A model generated the notes under the pieces. That model had not been told where the DNA came from. It ran no database searches and saw only the letters and a program-made list of their open reading frames with translations. A program made the position numbers and the translations under genes. This document shows, in pieces, positions 39,691-49,898 of a stretch of 64,000 nucleotides of DNA (position 1 is its first letter; every line of letters begins with the position of its first letter). The DNA comes from Bacillota bacterium (GTDB taxonomy: Bacteria; Bacillota; JAAYKD01), in contig OY762825.2 in the NCBI GenBank assembly GCA_963666425.2, positions 1,024,001-1,088,000 on the forward strand, in the 5' to 3' direction.

Positions 39691-42060
39691 TCATTCTTCC
39701 GGGTGACAGACCGTCACAGTCCACTGCTTGCCGTCGCTGCGCAGCCGCATCGCGCCGACCTGATTCGTAGCATAGACTGCCGCAGCAGCGTTGGTTAAGC
39801 GATTGACAGTTTCCTCTGCCGGATGACCATAGCGGTTATCACGTCCGGCTGAAATGACTGCAATGCTTGGCTGCCAGGCAGCCAGCAGCTGACTGGAACT
39901 GGAACTGCTGCCGCCGTGATGGGCAACTTTCAGCACAACTGCAGTTTTTTCTGCTGCGACGGTCGCCAGCAATTGCTGCTCGGCAGCTGTCTCGATATCC
40001 CCGGTCAGCCAAATCACCGTCTCGCCATACTGCAGACGCAGTACAACCGAATCATCATTGCCGCCATCCCGACTCACCCCGCAGAGCCTGACTTCGATCT
40101 GACATTGTTTGGCAATTTGGATCTGATCCCCCTTGGTCAGCATAATCTGTTGATCTGCCTTGATCATGCTCAGCCATTGCTGCAGATCTTGCGGCAACTT
40201 GGTGTTCTCAGGCAAGGCGTGCAGAAATAAACGAAAGGGAAACGCCTGATTGACTTGAATCAGCCCCTGATAGTGATCGCCATGCGCATGAGTCAGCAGA
40301 ACAACATCCAAGCGCTGGATCCCCTGACGGCGCAGGAACGGTACCACTGCCTTTTTCCCCACGTTGCTTTCACCGGTGGCAGAACCACCGCCATCTATCA
40401 GCATCGTATGTCCATCGGGGAAACGGAAAAAGAGCGCCTCTCCCTGACCAACATCGAGCATTACCATTTCCATCGCATACGGCCAAGGATGCCAAATCCA
40501 GAGCATTACTGTTGTGACTGCCGCAGCGGCAACTGCTTTTCTGCTGATTTTAGGATTGCTAAACGGCCAAACGGTCAGCAGCAATAAAACAGCATAACTG
40601 GCTGCCACAGCCAGCCAACCGGGTGTGGCAATATTATAAGCGGCAAAGGGCAATCCGGCAAAAAAACCACCGATTTTGATCAGCACCCCAATATAGAGGT
40701 GCGCGATGGCATAAGCCCATGCCGCAGCAGCCGGTCCCAGCGGAGTCAGACAGATTAACAGTAAGACCAAGAAGGGAGCCGGCAGAATGAAAACAGCGAA
40801 AACTAAATTACTGAGCGGAGCAATCAAAGAAATCTGATTGAATAATTGAATACCCAGCGGCAACACTGCCGTCTGCGCTGCCAATGTCACAGCCAAAGTT
40901 AACGCGACCGGCTTGGGTAAGTGCAGCCTCAGCTGCAAACCATGAGCAAAGCGAGCAGACCATAGCAAGATACCGGCTACCGCAGCAAAGGATAATTGAA
41001 ATCCAGCTTCATAAAGAATAAACGGGTTTTGCAGACAAAGCAGCAAAGCGGTGAGCGCCAGCAAGGAAGGCCATTGCGTTCTGCGCAGGATTAACCTAGC
41101 CAGTAAGGCGAGAATGATCATCGTTCCCGCTCTTAAGACAGAATCTTCCAAACCGGTCAGCAGCATAAAAAAGAGGACAGCCAGCACGGAGAGGCCATAT
41201 TCCAGGTTCAGCGAGAGCGGCAGCCGGCGCAGCAGCCAACGAATCCCCGCTAAAAAGATGACAACATTACCGCCCGAAACAGCCAGCAAATGCAATAATC
41301 CCACCACTTGAAAGGAATCATACCATTCTTCTGGCAATTCATCCGTCACACCGATGGTCAATCCCAACAAGAAAGCCGCCTGCTCCGGCTGCAGATAGCT
41401 GCGGCCATTGGCTTGGATTTCAGTCATTTGCCGGTAAATGCTGCGGCGGATCTGCCAAATCAAACGGATCAAAGAAACCTGAGCCGCTGGCTGCAGTGAG
41501 GACAACCCCGTTTTGGTCACGTAAATTCTGCCAATGATGCCGCGTCTGTGATTTTGCAGCTGCCAATCGGGATCACCAAAATTGTAACGGCCGCTATTAA
41601 CGGATAACTTGCCTTCTGCCTGCAGGAAATCTCCGGGTGCTGGCTGCAGCGTGATACCCGCCTCAAAATAAACCTGTAATCTGCCCGGTATCATCTCTTT
41701 TTTTTGATTATGGCTGATGGTCAGCTCACTCAAACTCAAGCACCAGGCACCTTGGTCATCCTGCAGCGGAAATCCGTCGACACAGCCGCTGATCTCTACT
41801 GTTTCACCTTGCCAGGACTCTTCCAGACTGGCAGGCAGCATAACTGCACGTATTGTTGTAAAGCAGAAGCCGCTGAACAAAGCGAGCGCTGCCAGCAGCG
41901 GCAGCAACTGTCGAGCGTGCTGCCGTAGGTACCAGGCGATCAGCAAGGAAACTCCGATCACTGCCAGCGGCAGCCAGACCGCTCCCCAAGTACAGCCCTG
42001 CAGAAGAATGCCGCCGGTAAACCCAACAGCAAGCCAAAAAATAACGGTCTGCCGCATCAT
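39691..42060 (-). CDS. comEC: DNA uptake channel ComEC/Rec2
   Basis: HLLAVSGGNV, GFQLSF, LDVGQG, THAHGDH, KVAHHG, NRYGHP. Confidence 0.95.
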   Translation of the reverse strand: MMRQTVIFWLAVGFTGGILLQGCTWGAVWLPLAVIGVSLLIAWYLRQHARQLLPLLAALALFSGFCFTTIRAVMLPASLEESWQGETVEISGCVDGFPLQDDQGAWCLSLSELTISHNQKKEMIPGRLQVYFEAGITLQPAPGDFLQAEGKLSVNSGRYNFGDPDWQLQNHRRGIIGRIYVTKTGLSSLQPAAQVSLIRLIWQIRRSIYRQMTEIQANGRSYLQPEQAAFLLGLTIGVTDELPEEWYDSFQVVGLLHLLAVSGGNVVIFLAGIRWLLRRLPLSLNLEYGLSVLAVLFFMLLTGLEDSVLRAGTMIILALLARLILRRTQWPSLLALTALLLCLQNPFILYEAGFQLSFAAVAGILLWSARFAHGLQLRLHLPKPVALTLAVTLAAQTAVLPLGIQLFNQISLIAPLSNLVFAVFILPAPFLVLLLICLTPLGPAAAAWAYAIAHLYIGVLIKIGGFFAGLPFAAYNIATPGWLAVAASYAVLLLLTVWPFSNPKISRKAVAAAAVTTVMLWIWHPWPYAMEMVMLDVGQGEALFFRFPDGHTMLIDGGGSATGESNVGKKAVVPFLRRQGIQRLDVVLLTHAHGDHYQGLIQVNQAFPFRLFLHALPENTKLPQDLQQWLSMIKADQQIMLTKGDQIQIAKQCQIEVRLCGVSRDGGNDDSVVLRLQYGETVIWLTGDIETAAEQQLLATVAAEKTAVVLKVAHHGGSSSSSSQLLAAWQPSIAVISAGRDNRYGHPAEETVNRLTNAAAAVYATNQVGAMRLRSDGKQWTVTVCHPEE

Positions 42061-42686
42061 TGCACTGTAATGGAAGCAGCAATGGCAGCATAAATACCGT
42101 TTCCGATCCCGGCAACCAGCATAATCTCTTCTGTTTTTTGGAAATTACCGTTCTTTTCCCGATAAGCGATAATCGCCTTGGCGCGAACCTCGCCAATTTG
42201 TGGCAAAGTTGCCAGCGTTTCGGCATCTGCCAGATTAATATTCACCTTGCCATCCGAAGTGATTTGCCTGCCGGCTGTGTCTTTTGCCGCCGTTTCTCCG
42301 ATAGAGGGAACGTAATAACGCTGACCATCCTCTAAAATGGCAGCGAGATTGATCTGATCCAAATCCGCCGCCTCGGTTTCACCCCCGGCCATTGTAATCG
42401 CTTCACCCAAACGGCTGCCGCCAGCCAGCCGCAGCAACCCGGGCTGCCTGACCGCTCCGGCCAGATGCACAACAATTTCGCCTGCTTCTGCGGTTTGGCC
42501 ACCCTGCTTGTCGGTAGCTGTTGGCGCGGTCATTTCCTTTCCCGCTCCAACCTCATTCTTCGTCAGACTTGGGATAACAGCCGGCTGCACTGCTGCTGCA
42601 TTCCACCACCAGAGACCGCCAGCGGAGATGAGGAGACCGCAGAGCAGACCTAAAAGCATCCCTTGCCGCAACGATAATCGATTCAT
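42057..42686 (-). CDS. comEA: DNA receptor ComEA
   Basis: N-terminal TM helix, SLBB domain (VHLAGAV..PG), HhH domain (VNINLAD..LPQIG). Confidence 0.93.
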   Translation of the reverse strand: MNRLSLRQGMLLGLLCGLLISAGGLWWWNAAAVQPAVIPSLTKNEVGAGKEMTAPTATDKQGGQTAEAGEIVVHLAGAVRQPGLLRLAGGSRLGEAITMAGGETEAADLDQINLAAILEDGQRYYVPSIGETAAKDTAGRQITSDGKVNINLADAETLATLPQIGEVRAKAIIAYREKNGNFQKTEEIMLVAGIGNGIYAAIAASITVQ

Positions 42687-42719
42687 CCATCATCACCTCC
42701 TCTCAGACGTAAGTATGGA

Positions 42720-42750
42720 TATCATTTCCAGAATAAATAGAATAAATCCT
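42720..42750 (-). promoter_or_regulatory. SigH-like promoter of comEA-comEC
   Basis: AGGA-N18-GAAATGATA. Confidence 0.6.
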
Positions 42751-42824
42751 GCTGTAATTAAGAATAAATCAGAAAAAAAACAGACCTTTTTTGTAAAGGC
42801 CTGTTGCTGTTCTTTTTAACACGT

Positions 42825-43787
42825 TTATCTGACTACTGTTTTGCGAATCATCATGGCATAACCGCGGTGCATAGAAAACCGTTCATAATAACTTTGCAGC
42901 GCTTCGTCGCAGACGAGATCAATCGAAGACAGCTGGCGAAGCTGATCCAGCATGCTCAGCAGCAAACGGCTGCCGATCCCGTGTCGCTGCGCATCCGGCA
43001 GTACTTCCAACAACGGCAGAAAAGCAAAGCGAACCCCATCGGATAATGCATTGACCAAGCCAACCGCTTTCATGGTGTGGAAGTCCAGTGCCAAAACGAA
43101 CCGATAACTATTTTGCAGAATTCTCAATAATTCTTCCCCAGTCAGCGGCTGCTGCCAACCCAGACAAAACCCATTCAACTGCTCCGCTGTGATATCGTTT
43201 AAATCGGTTTGATATTGCAGGATAGGATATTGAGCGTATTTTTGCAAAAAAGCAGAGACATCCAACTGGAAGGTCAGGGCATCATAACTCTTGCCATCAA
43301 CCTTGCGCAGATCAACCAGGCGTTCGCACTCATAGAAACCGATTTTCTCTGCCAAGGCAATCATCGCCAGATTACCGGACCAGGTTTGACTATAAATTTC
43401 CGTGATACCATTTCTTAAAAAATAGTGGATCAGCATCAGATAAGCCAGCGAACCCAAGCCTCGTTTCCGATCAGCCGGCAGCGGGATATCGATGCCAATG
43501 GCCGGCTTGCCATTTTCCATCAGATAAGAGCTGACCCAACCGATATGCCTGTTTTCCGGTAAGTAAAGTTCGAAGCGGGTTCGCTGTTCTGTCAGCGGCT
43601 GCCGCAGCCTTTTTTGATATAATTCGGTCAGGGCTTTTGTATCCAATGGTTCATCCCATTCCCAAGGCGCGTCCCAATTCATCCATTCGGTCTCGCTCGT
43701 ATACCAACGGACATAATCCTCAATATCAGGCAAATCAATATCTTTCAGGATCAATCGATCTGTGACTAGCTGCAGCATTGAACCCAC
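42825..43787 (-). CDS. Tandem (RimJ-like plus GNAT) acetyltransferase
   Basis: Two acetyl-CoA motifs: DRKRGLG..TWSGN and AQRHGIGS. Confidence 0.8.
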   Translation of the reverse strand: MGSMLQLVTDRLILKDIDLPDIEDYVRWYTSETEWMNWDAPWEWDEPLDTKALTELYQKRLRQPLTEQRTRFELYLPENRHIGWVSSYLMENGKPAIGIDIPLPADRKRGLGSLAYLMLIHYFLRNGITEIYSQTWSGNLAMIALAEKIGFYECERLVDLRKVDGKSYDALTFQLDVSAFLQKYAQYPILQYQTDLNDITAEQLNGFCLGWQQPLTGEELLRILQNSYRFVLALDFHTMKAVGLVNALSDGVRFAFLPLLEVLPDAQRHGIGSRLLLSMLDQLRQLSSIDLVCDEALQSYYERFSMHRGYAMMIRKTVVR

Positions 43788-44209
43788 ACCCTTTCCAGAA
43801 GATCACGCTCGCTCCGTTCCCGTTTTGATCTTTCCGGATCAGCAGAGAAAAGATTTTGAGATACGCTCTCTTGATTCTGTTGTTATTTTATGCTGGATAC
43901 AGCAGAAAAGCAAGCTTTTTCTGCTTTTTTTCTTTTAGTCTGGCCTTTTTTATCCGCAGTTCTGCGAATGTGCATTCCCTGCTTCGCTTGTTTTCTTTCT
44001 CCGGGATATTGTTGAATCTCTGCTCTTTATCAGCTGCAAACAGGCTGGCTTCATTGTTGATCTGCCAAATTATGCCCGTGATAACACTCTCTCTTAATTC
44101 CTTGTAATCCTGTCAGAATTAAGTCTTTTTTTTTCGTACAGCTTATGATATACTACCGTTACAAGCACCTCTGGATTTTTTTACCGGGGTGATAAAAAAC
44201 AAGGAGTGA

Positions 44210-44416
44210 TTGATGATGATTACAAAAGAAATCGGTATTGTTGAATTGGTAGAGAAATATCCTGCCGCCGCTATGATTTTAATGCAAGCTGGGATGGGCT
44301 GCCTGGGCTGTGCCGCTGCTCATTTTGAAACATTGGAACAAGGCTGCGCTGCTCATGGAATTGACGCTGACGCCTTGGTTAAGACCCTGAATGAAGAATT
44401 GGGCTTAGCTAAATAA
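44210..44416 (+). CDS. DUF1858 domain protein
   Basis: GMGCLGCAAAHFETLEQGCAAHGID. Confidence 0.85.
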   Translation: MMMITKEIGIVELVEKYPAAAMILMQAGMGCLGCAAAHFETLEQGCAAHGIDADALVKTLNEELGLAK

Positions 44417-44421
44417 ATCCG

Positions 44422-44465
44422 AAAAAAACAGGATAGGTTGAAATATCAACCTGTCCTGTTTTTTT
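44422..44465. terminator. Bidirectional terminator
   Basis: ACAGGATAGGTTGA-aata-TCAACCTGTCCTGT with A and T tracts. Confidence 0.9.
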
Positions 44466-44517
44466 ATCGAGTAAAGCCGTAAAACCCCTTGTTTTCGCTA
44501 TGAAAAGTGTCCATTTG

Positions 44518-45282
44518 CTATATTTGCAGGCTGAAATGCTCGAAAGCAAAACTACCGCTGCCTTGCTTCAATTTTCCGGTCTCTGCCAACCAATCAAAAG
44601 CCTGATCGATCTCAATAATCAAGGAAGGCTCAATCGCAAGACGATGATGTGCCGGTAAAACCCGTCTGATTGACAACTGCCGCACTCTCCGGATCGATTG
44701 ACGGAACAACAAAGGGTCCGTGCTGGGATAAAAAGCATACAATGTCCCGCTATAAATCAAATCACCGGAGTAGAGATACTGACGCTCCGCTTCGTAGAGA
44801 CAGAGATGACCCGGCGAGTGGCCCGGTGTATGCAGCACCTCTACCCTTCTGCCGCCAAGCTCGAGCGTAGTCCGATCCTGCAGCAGCAAGGTTGGCGGAC
44901 CTTGAAAAATCCGAAACAGCTCAGGCTGAAATTCCGGCGGGAAATCACAGGGTTCGCGCAGTAAACCGGCTTTCACGGCCGATAAAGGCAACGGGAAGGC
45001 TCCATTCAGCCATGCTGCTTCCGCTGGATGTACTGCCAGCTCGGAAAAGTAGCGATGTCCGCCAATATGATCCCAATGCACATGCGAGGTAACAACCAGG
45101 ATCGGCAAATCGGTCAGACGGTCGACCACCTCTTTGATGTTGGCTACCCCTAAACCGGTATCAAAGAGCAGGCACTTTTGCTGACCGATTAAAAGATAAC
45201 AATGGGTTTCTTCCCAATGCTTGTTTTCACTGATCACAAAGGTAGCAGCGTCGATCTGCTCTACGGTAAACCAGTCACTCAT
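44518..45282 (-). CDS. MBL-fold metallo-hydrolase
   Basis: SHVHWDHIGG, HTPGHSPGH, SGD. Confidence 0.9.
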   Translation of the reverse strand: MSDWFTVEQIDAATFVISENKHWEETHCYLLIGQQKCLLFDTGLGVANIKEVVDRLTDLPILVVTSHVHWDHIGGHRYFSELAVHPAEAAWLNGAFPLPLSAVKAGLLREPCDFPPEFQPELFRIFQGPPTLLLQDRTTLELGGRRVEVLHTPGHSPGHLCLYEAERQYLYSGDLIYSGTLYAFYPSTDPLLFRQSIRRVRQLSIRRVLPAHHRLAIEPSLIIEIDQAFDWLAETGKLKQGSGSFAFEHFSLQI

Positions 45283-46024
45283 GTTTTTCCTCTTGCTCTT
45301 TCCTGCCCAGCCAGATCAAACCCTGCGCTAAGCGATTGGGGATTTCTTTAAAATGCCCGCCGTCCTGCCATTGCAGCAGCGTCTCTTTGATTCTGGGATC
45401 CGCTGCCAGCATCTGTGCTGCCTGACGGGTTGCTTCTCCTACCGCAGCCAAGCGTGGACTGCGGGTTTTTTCTTCACCGCGTCCCAAGCTCAGGTAAAGC
45501 CGCGAATTTGCCCGGATAGCATGGGTTTTCATATAATCCAGCCAACCTTCATACCACAGGGATCCGGAACAGCAAGCAGCTGCTGCAAAAGCATCCGTTT
45601 GATACAAAGCCCAAAAAGCCATCAAACCGGCCAGAGAATAACCCAGCAGCGCATTGTGTTCCGGATCCGTCCGGACCGGATAAGTCTGCTCCACTTTGGC
45701 TTTTAAAACAGTCAGCAGCCAGTGTAGGGTCTGATCCGCTTGACCGGGGAAGGCAGCTTCCGATTTAAAAACAGCCTCGGCCGGCCAGGGTGAAAAATCA
45801 AACTGATGCTTTGTATCGGCAAACGTCACCACCAGAAAGGGTTGACAAATTCCATCTGTCACAGCAGCTTCCACGATCTGCATGATCTCCGTTAATTCCG
45901 CGACTGATTCTCCACCCGAGACAGCGTAGACTGCCGCGTATTTTTTTCCCGGTTCGCTGCCGGCAGGAAGATAGACAAAACAGGGGATCTCGTTGATTTG
46001 CATCGTTTCGATTGTGCCGTTCAT
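45275..46024 (-). CDS. Alpha/beta hydrolase (esterase)
   Basis: GYSLAG nucleophile elbow, SGSLW, GGHF; ATG at 46024 follows GAGG. Confidence 0.85.
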   Translation of the reverse strand: MNGTIETMQINEIPCFVYLPAGSEPGKKYAAVYAVSGGESVAELTEIMQIVEAAVTDGICQPFLVVTFADTKHQFDFSPWPAEAVFKSEAAFPGQADQTLHWLLTVLKAKVEQTYPVRTDPEHNALLGYSLAGLMAFWALYQTDAFAAAACCSGSLWYEGWLDYMKTHAIRANSRLYLSLGRGEEKTRSPRLAAVGEATRQAAQMLAADPRIKETLLQWQDGGHFKEIPNRLAQGLIWLGRKEQEEKHE

Positions 46025-46199
46025 CTGCCCTACCTCTTTTCTTGCATTGCTGCAGCTTTCTAAAATAACACTTAATTCCAATAGCCCGCGCTTTTTCTCG
46101 CAGGAGTAAAAAGAAAGCCTGATGCGTTTTGCTCGTGACCAGCAAGTCAAGCTGCCGATCTGTTTGCCGTATCACATCAGGCTTACCTTCGCTTGCAGA

Positions 46200-47234
46200 C
46201 TAGACTAAATAAGCCTGCAGCAATTTAAACGTATTAACCAGCCCGTCGATATGGCTGCGTTCGTAGCCATGTGAGGCATAGACACCCGGACCGATTAAGC
46301 CATGGCGCACATCAAAACCGGCGCGCAGCGTGACTTCCACATCGGAGCCGTACATTGGATAAACATCTAAGGCATAATCCGCCCCGGCTCTTTTGGCGGC
46401 AGCGATCAATTCATTGGTCAGCGCATAATGGTAGACGCCGCCGGAATCTTTCGGGCAGATAGAAACCATACGTTCAGTGCATTTCAAACCACTGCCCACA
46501 CAGCCCATATCGACTGAGATCACATCTTCGATGCAGTCGGGAATACCGGCAGCGCCGCCATGACCGATCTCCTCAAACATGGTAAAACTGAGCCAGACAT
46601 TGCGGTTGGGGATCAATTTCTCATCGGCATAGTATTTTGCTAAGGTCAACAACACGGCGGAAGAGGCTTTATCATCCAGGAAACGACTCTTGATGTAGCC
46701 TTTTTTTGTCACTGTAAAGCGCGGATTCAAAGCAATAAAATCACCGTTTTGAATGCCCAAATCTTCCACCTCTTTGGCGGTCGCCACAAATTCATCGAGC
46801 AGAACTTCGATGTTTGCCTTAAAATCGCGGGGATCGTTGACTTTGGGATTGACGTGCACAGAGGCATTGGCAATTTGCAGGGTGCCTTCGTATTCCCTGC
46901 CGTCGCGTGTGATCACAGTGACCTGTTCGGTTTCGGTGTTATTCGGATTAAGACCGCCGATGTTGGCGAGCATCAAACCGCCGTTTGATTTGATACTGGC
47001 TACCACGCCGCCCAAGGTATCAACATGACCGAACAGCATCAGAGGAGAACCACTGCCGCCTAAATCGACATTCACGCCGCCTTTGCGCAGCGTATTCGGC
47101 TGGTAGCCCATTGCCTGCAATTCATTACAGAGGAAGGCCGTGATTTCTTTTGTGTAACCGGAAGGGCTCTTGATGGCCAGCATCCGCTCCAGAACATCCA
47201 ACATATAATCAATATACTTCTGCTCCATTTTCAT
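46200..47234 (-). CDS. M42 family aminopeptidase
   Basis: HVDTLG, SRFLDDK, FEEIGHG, VDMG, ASHGYER; start at 47234 follows AGGAGG (47228 is an alternative). Confidence 0.9.
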   Translation of the reverse strand: MKMEQKYIDYMLDVLERMLAIKSPSGYTKEITAFLCNELQAMGYQPNTLRKGGVNVDLGGSGSPLMLFGHVDTLGGVVASIKSNGGLMLANIGGLNPNNTETEQVTVITRDGREYEGTLQIANASVHVNPKVNDPRDFKANIEVLLDEFVATAKEVEDLGIQNGDFIALNPRFTVTKKGYIKSRFLDDKASSAVLLTLAKYYADEKLIPNRNVWLSFTMFEEIGHGGAAGIPDCIEDVISVDMGCVGSGLKCTERMVSICPKDSGGVYHYALTNELIAAAKRAGADYALDVYPMYGSDVEVTLRAGFDVRHGLIGPGVYASHGYERSHIDGLVNTFKLLQAYLV

Positions 47235-47513
47235 CCTCCTAAAAAATTCAGTGTCTGCCGATATTGTAGCACCGGCAGAAATGATTGTAAAGGATTCGGA
47301 CGAGAAAAGCTGGAAAGCAAGACAAGTTGCCGCAGCTGCCGGGTCCTGTTTTCTCCATGTGGGATAGAAATTATCTGTCTTTTTGATCGATTGCCTCTTG
47401 ACGCGCAGGCGCTGATCGTGTTTACTATAGGATAAGAATCCCATCAAACCGCAAGAGAACACTGCTGCAGAGCAATCCCGAAAAGTTAGCATAACTAAAA
47501 GCAAGCGCAAGGA

Positions 47514-48683
47514 GTGATTTTTTTGAAGATCAAAGCTTTTCAAGTGGAAGAATGGATGAATGCCTATGAAGCAGACGCGCGTTACAATATTGCGGAAACC
47601 TGTGTTGACTCCCTTTCACTGGATGAACTGTTTCTGCTGACCGGTGAAAACAAACAAACCTTTCTCAACGAATTATGCGCCCGCCGTTTGACGTATGGTG
47701 ATATTTTTGGTGCACCGGCTTTCAAAACGGGCATTGCCCGACTCTATCAAAGCATTACTCCCCAGCAAATCATCACGACCCATGGCGCTGCCGGTGCCAA
47801 TCATCATGTCTTCTACTCATTGCTGCAGCCGGGAGACCGTGTCGTCTGCGTCATGCCGACTTATCAGCAGCTCTATTCCATTCCCGAATCGTACGGTGCT
47901 GATGTTCAGCTTCTGCAGCTCAATATGCAGGATGGCTTTCTGCCCGATTTGGCTCAACTGCGCCGCCTGGCAATCCCCGGCACCAAAATGATTTGTTTAA
48001 ACAATCCCAACAATCCAACCGGGGCTTTGATTCCACCTGAACTGCTGCGGGAAATTATTGAAATCGCGCGTCGCGTGGATGCTTATATTCTCTGCGATGA
48101 AGTCTATCGCGGTCTGACCCAAACCGACTGTGAGGTTGAATCAATTGCCGATCTTTATGAAAAAGGCATCAGTGTCAGCAGTATGTCAAAGGTTTTTTCT
48201 CTGGCTGGGCTCCGTTTGGGTTGGATTGCCAGCAAAGATCCGGAAGTACTGGCTGCTTGCTTATCGCACCGCGATTATAATCTGATCAGCTGCAGCATCC
48301 TGGATGAGGCGGTGGCAGGTTTAGCATTAAAGCACGCAGATCGGATCCTGGCGCGCAATCAAGCCATCGTGCGGGAGAATCTCGATCTATTGGATGCTTG
48401 GCTGGCAAATCAGCCGCACCTGCACTATTGTAAGCCGCAGGCAGGTACCACCGCGCTGCTTTATTATGATTTTGCTCTGCCTTCTTACGATTTCTGCCAA
48501 GCAATGTATGACAGCACCGGCGCCTTTGTCACGCCCGGTGATTGTTTTGCCGAAGCGCACTGCCTGCGGATCGGTTATGCCTGCGATAAAAAAACGCTGC
48601 AAGACGGTCTGCAGGCAATGGCTGCTTATTTGCAGCATCTGGAAAAATCCAACACTCCTTTGCTAGCCGCACTCTGCTCTTGA
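47514..48683 (+). CDS. PLP-dependent aminotransferase class I/II
   Basis: NNPNNPTG, DEVY, SMSKVFSLAGLRLGW. Confidence 0.9.
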   Translation: MIFLKIKAFQVEEWMNAYEADARYNIAETCVDSLSLDELFLLTGENKQTFLNELCARRLTYGDIFGAPAFKTGIARLYQSITPQQIITTHGAAGANHHVFYSLLQPGDRVVCVMPTYQQLYSIPESYGADVQLLQLNMQDGFLPDLAQLRRLAIPGTKMICLNNPNNPTGALIPPELLREIIEIARRVDAYILCDEVYRGLTQTDCEVESIADLYEKGISVSSMSKVFSLAGLRLGWIASKDPEVLAACLSHRDYNLISCSILDEAVAGLALKHADRILARNQAIVRENLDLLDAWLANQPHLHYCKPQAGTTALLYYDFALPSYDFCQAMYDSTGAFVTPGDCFAEAHCLRIGYACDKKTLQDGLQAMAAYLQHLEKSNTPLLAALCS

Positions 48684-48689
48684 TCCGGC

Positions 48690-48738
48690 AAAAAGGCGGT
48701 CTCTTTGGTTCATAAAAACCAAAGGGACCGCCTCTTTT
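48690..48738. terminator. Bidirectional terminator
   Basis: AGGCGGTCTCTTTGGTT...AACCAAAGGGACCGCCT. Confidence 0.85.
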
Positions 48739-48753
48739 GTAGTTTTTGTCTCG

Positions 48754-49803
48754 CTAGATACCCATAGCAATGAGTATTTGATACAAATATCCCATTAGGA
48801 TCCCACCCACTAAAATGAAACCGATATATAAACCAATCACTCTTTTTTTCATAAACGTCGTGATCCCGGTTATCACCCAAAGACTGGTAGCTGGCCCAGT
48901 GATCATAAACGCCATCATCGCACCGGCTCCGGCTCCACCATCCATCAGCGCTTTAATGAGCGGGATTGCGCCGGCTCCACTGACATAAAGAGGCAGACCA
49001 ATCAACGCAGCCAGCGGAACGGAAAATATACTTTCACTGCTGAATAGAGTAATTATAAAAGAAGTAGGTACAAACGATTGAACCAGATAACCCAATGCTA
49101 CAAAGATTACAAAGTAAAAAAGGATCTGTTTCAATCCCACCTCAAGCAATGCTTGTCCAACTTCCTTTACTTTGAGTCTCTGCCAAAAGTTCAAAGTAGG
49201 CTCTGTATTCACCAATGGAATTACGTTGGTATCGAAGGAAGCCGTGCTGCATCCGCAGGTATTTTCTGCACTGATTTGCTCCAATGCTAAGGCAGAAGCA
49301 GAACAAGCACACGCCTTCACATTTGATTTCATAGAAAACCGCAATTGATTATCCAGAAAATGTGTTTTTTGCTCAATGATATGGGTCAAGCCACCTGAAA
49401 TCAGACCAATCAGGAGAGAAGCGACGGCTAGAGCATTGGCAAACTTAAAATCGAGTATACCGGCAATCATGATATAAGTGTCGGGGCTCATCAAGGGGGA
49501 AGAAGTCAGAAAAGCCATAATCGGCCCCCAAGGCAGCGCAGTCGATAACAGTCCAATGACGACTGCCATGGTACCACAGGCACACAACGGGGTAAAAGCA
49601 CCAAAAGCAACACTGGCAAGAATAGAGACTCTGGGCTTTTTGAGTAACATCTGTTTGAGTTTCTCAGAGTCAAGGTAGACTTTCATCAGTGCTGCTATCA
49701 AGATAGCAAAACTCAATGGGAGCCAATTGTGATACAGGTTTGTGACTACCGCTGTCAATGTGTCCGTCAATAGTCCCGGTAAATAGTCAATAAATTCTTT
49801 CAT
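48754..49803 (-). CDS. Predicted permease, ArsP_1/DUF318 family
   Basis: TPLCACG, MAFLTSSPLM, GLPLY, MAFMITGPATS; Cys-rich central loop. Confidence 0.85.
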   Translation of the reverse strand: MKEFIDYLPGLLTDTLTAVVTNLYHNWLPLSFAILIAALMKVYLDSEKLKQMLLKKPRVSILASVAFGAFTPLCACGTMAVVIGLLSTALPWGPIMAFLTSSPLMSPDTYIMIAGILDFKFANALAVASLLIGLISGGLTHIIEQKTHFLDNQLRFSMKSNVKACACSASALALEQISAENTCGCSTASFDTNVIPLVNTEPTLNFWQRLKVKEVGQALLEVGLKQILFYFVIFVALGYLVQSFVPTSFIITLFSSESIFSVPLAALIGLPLYVSGAGAIPLIKALMDGGAGAGAMMAFMITGPATSLWVITGITTFMKKRVIGLYIGFILVGGILMGYLYQILIAMGI

Positions 49804-49844
49804 TTCTTATCCATCTCCTAATTTATGATTGATCTTCATATATT

Positions 49845-49872
49845 AAGACGATGAAAGATTTGAAAAGACGCA
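49845..49872 (-). promoter_or_regulatory. Putative SigZ-type ECF promoter of the permease
   Basis: TGCGTCTTTT-N12-CGTCTT, 42 nt upstream of the permease start. Confidence 0.5.
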
Positions 49873-49898
49873 AAACAAAAGAAAGATTAATTGCGGCC

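Noticed and set aside
47235-47543. N-terminal extension of the M42 ORF
   Set aside because: It overlaps the divergent aminotransferase start; a strong RBS supports a start at 47234 or 47228.
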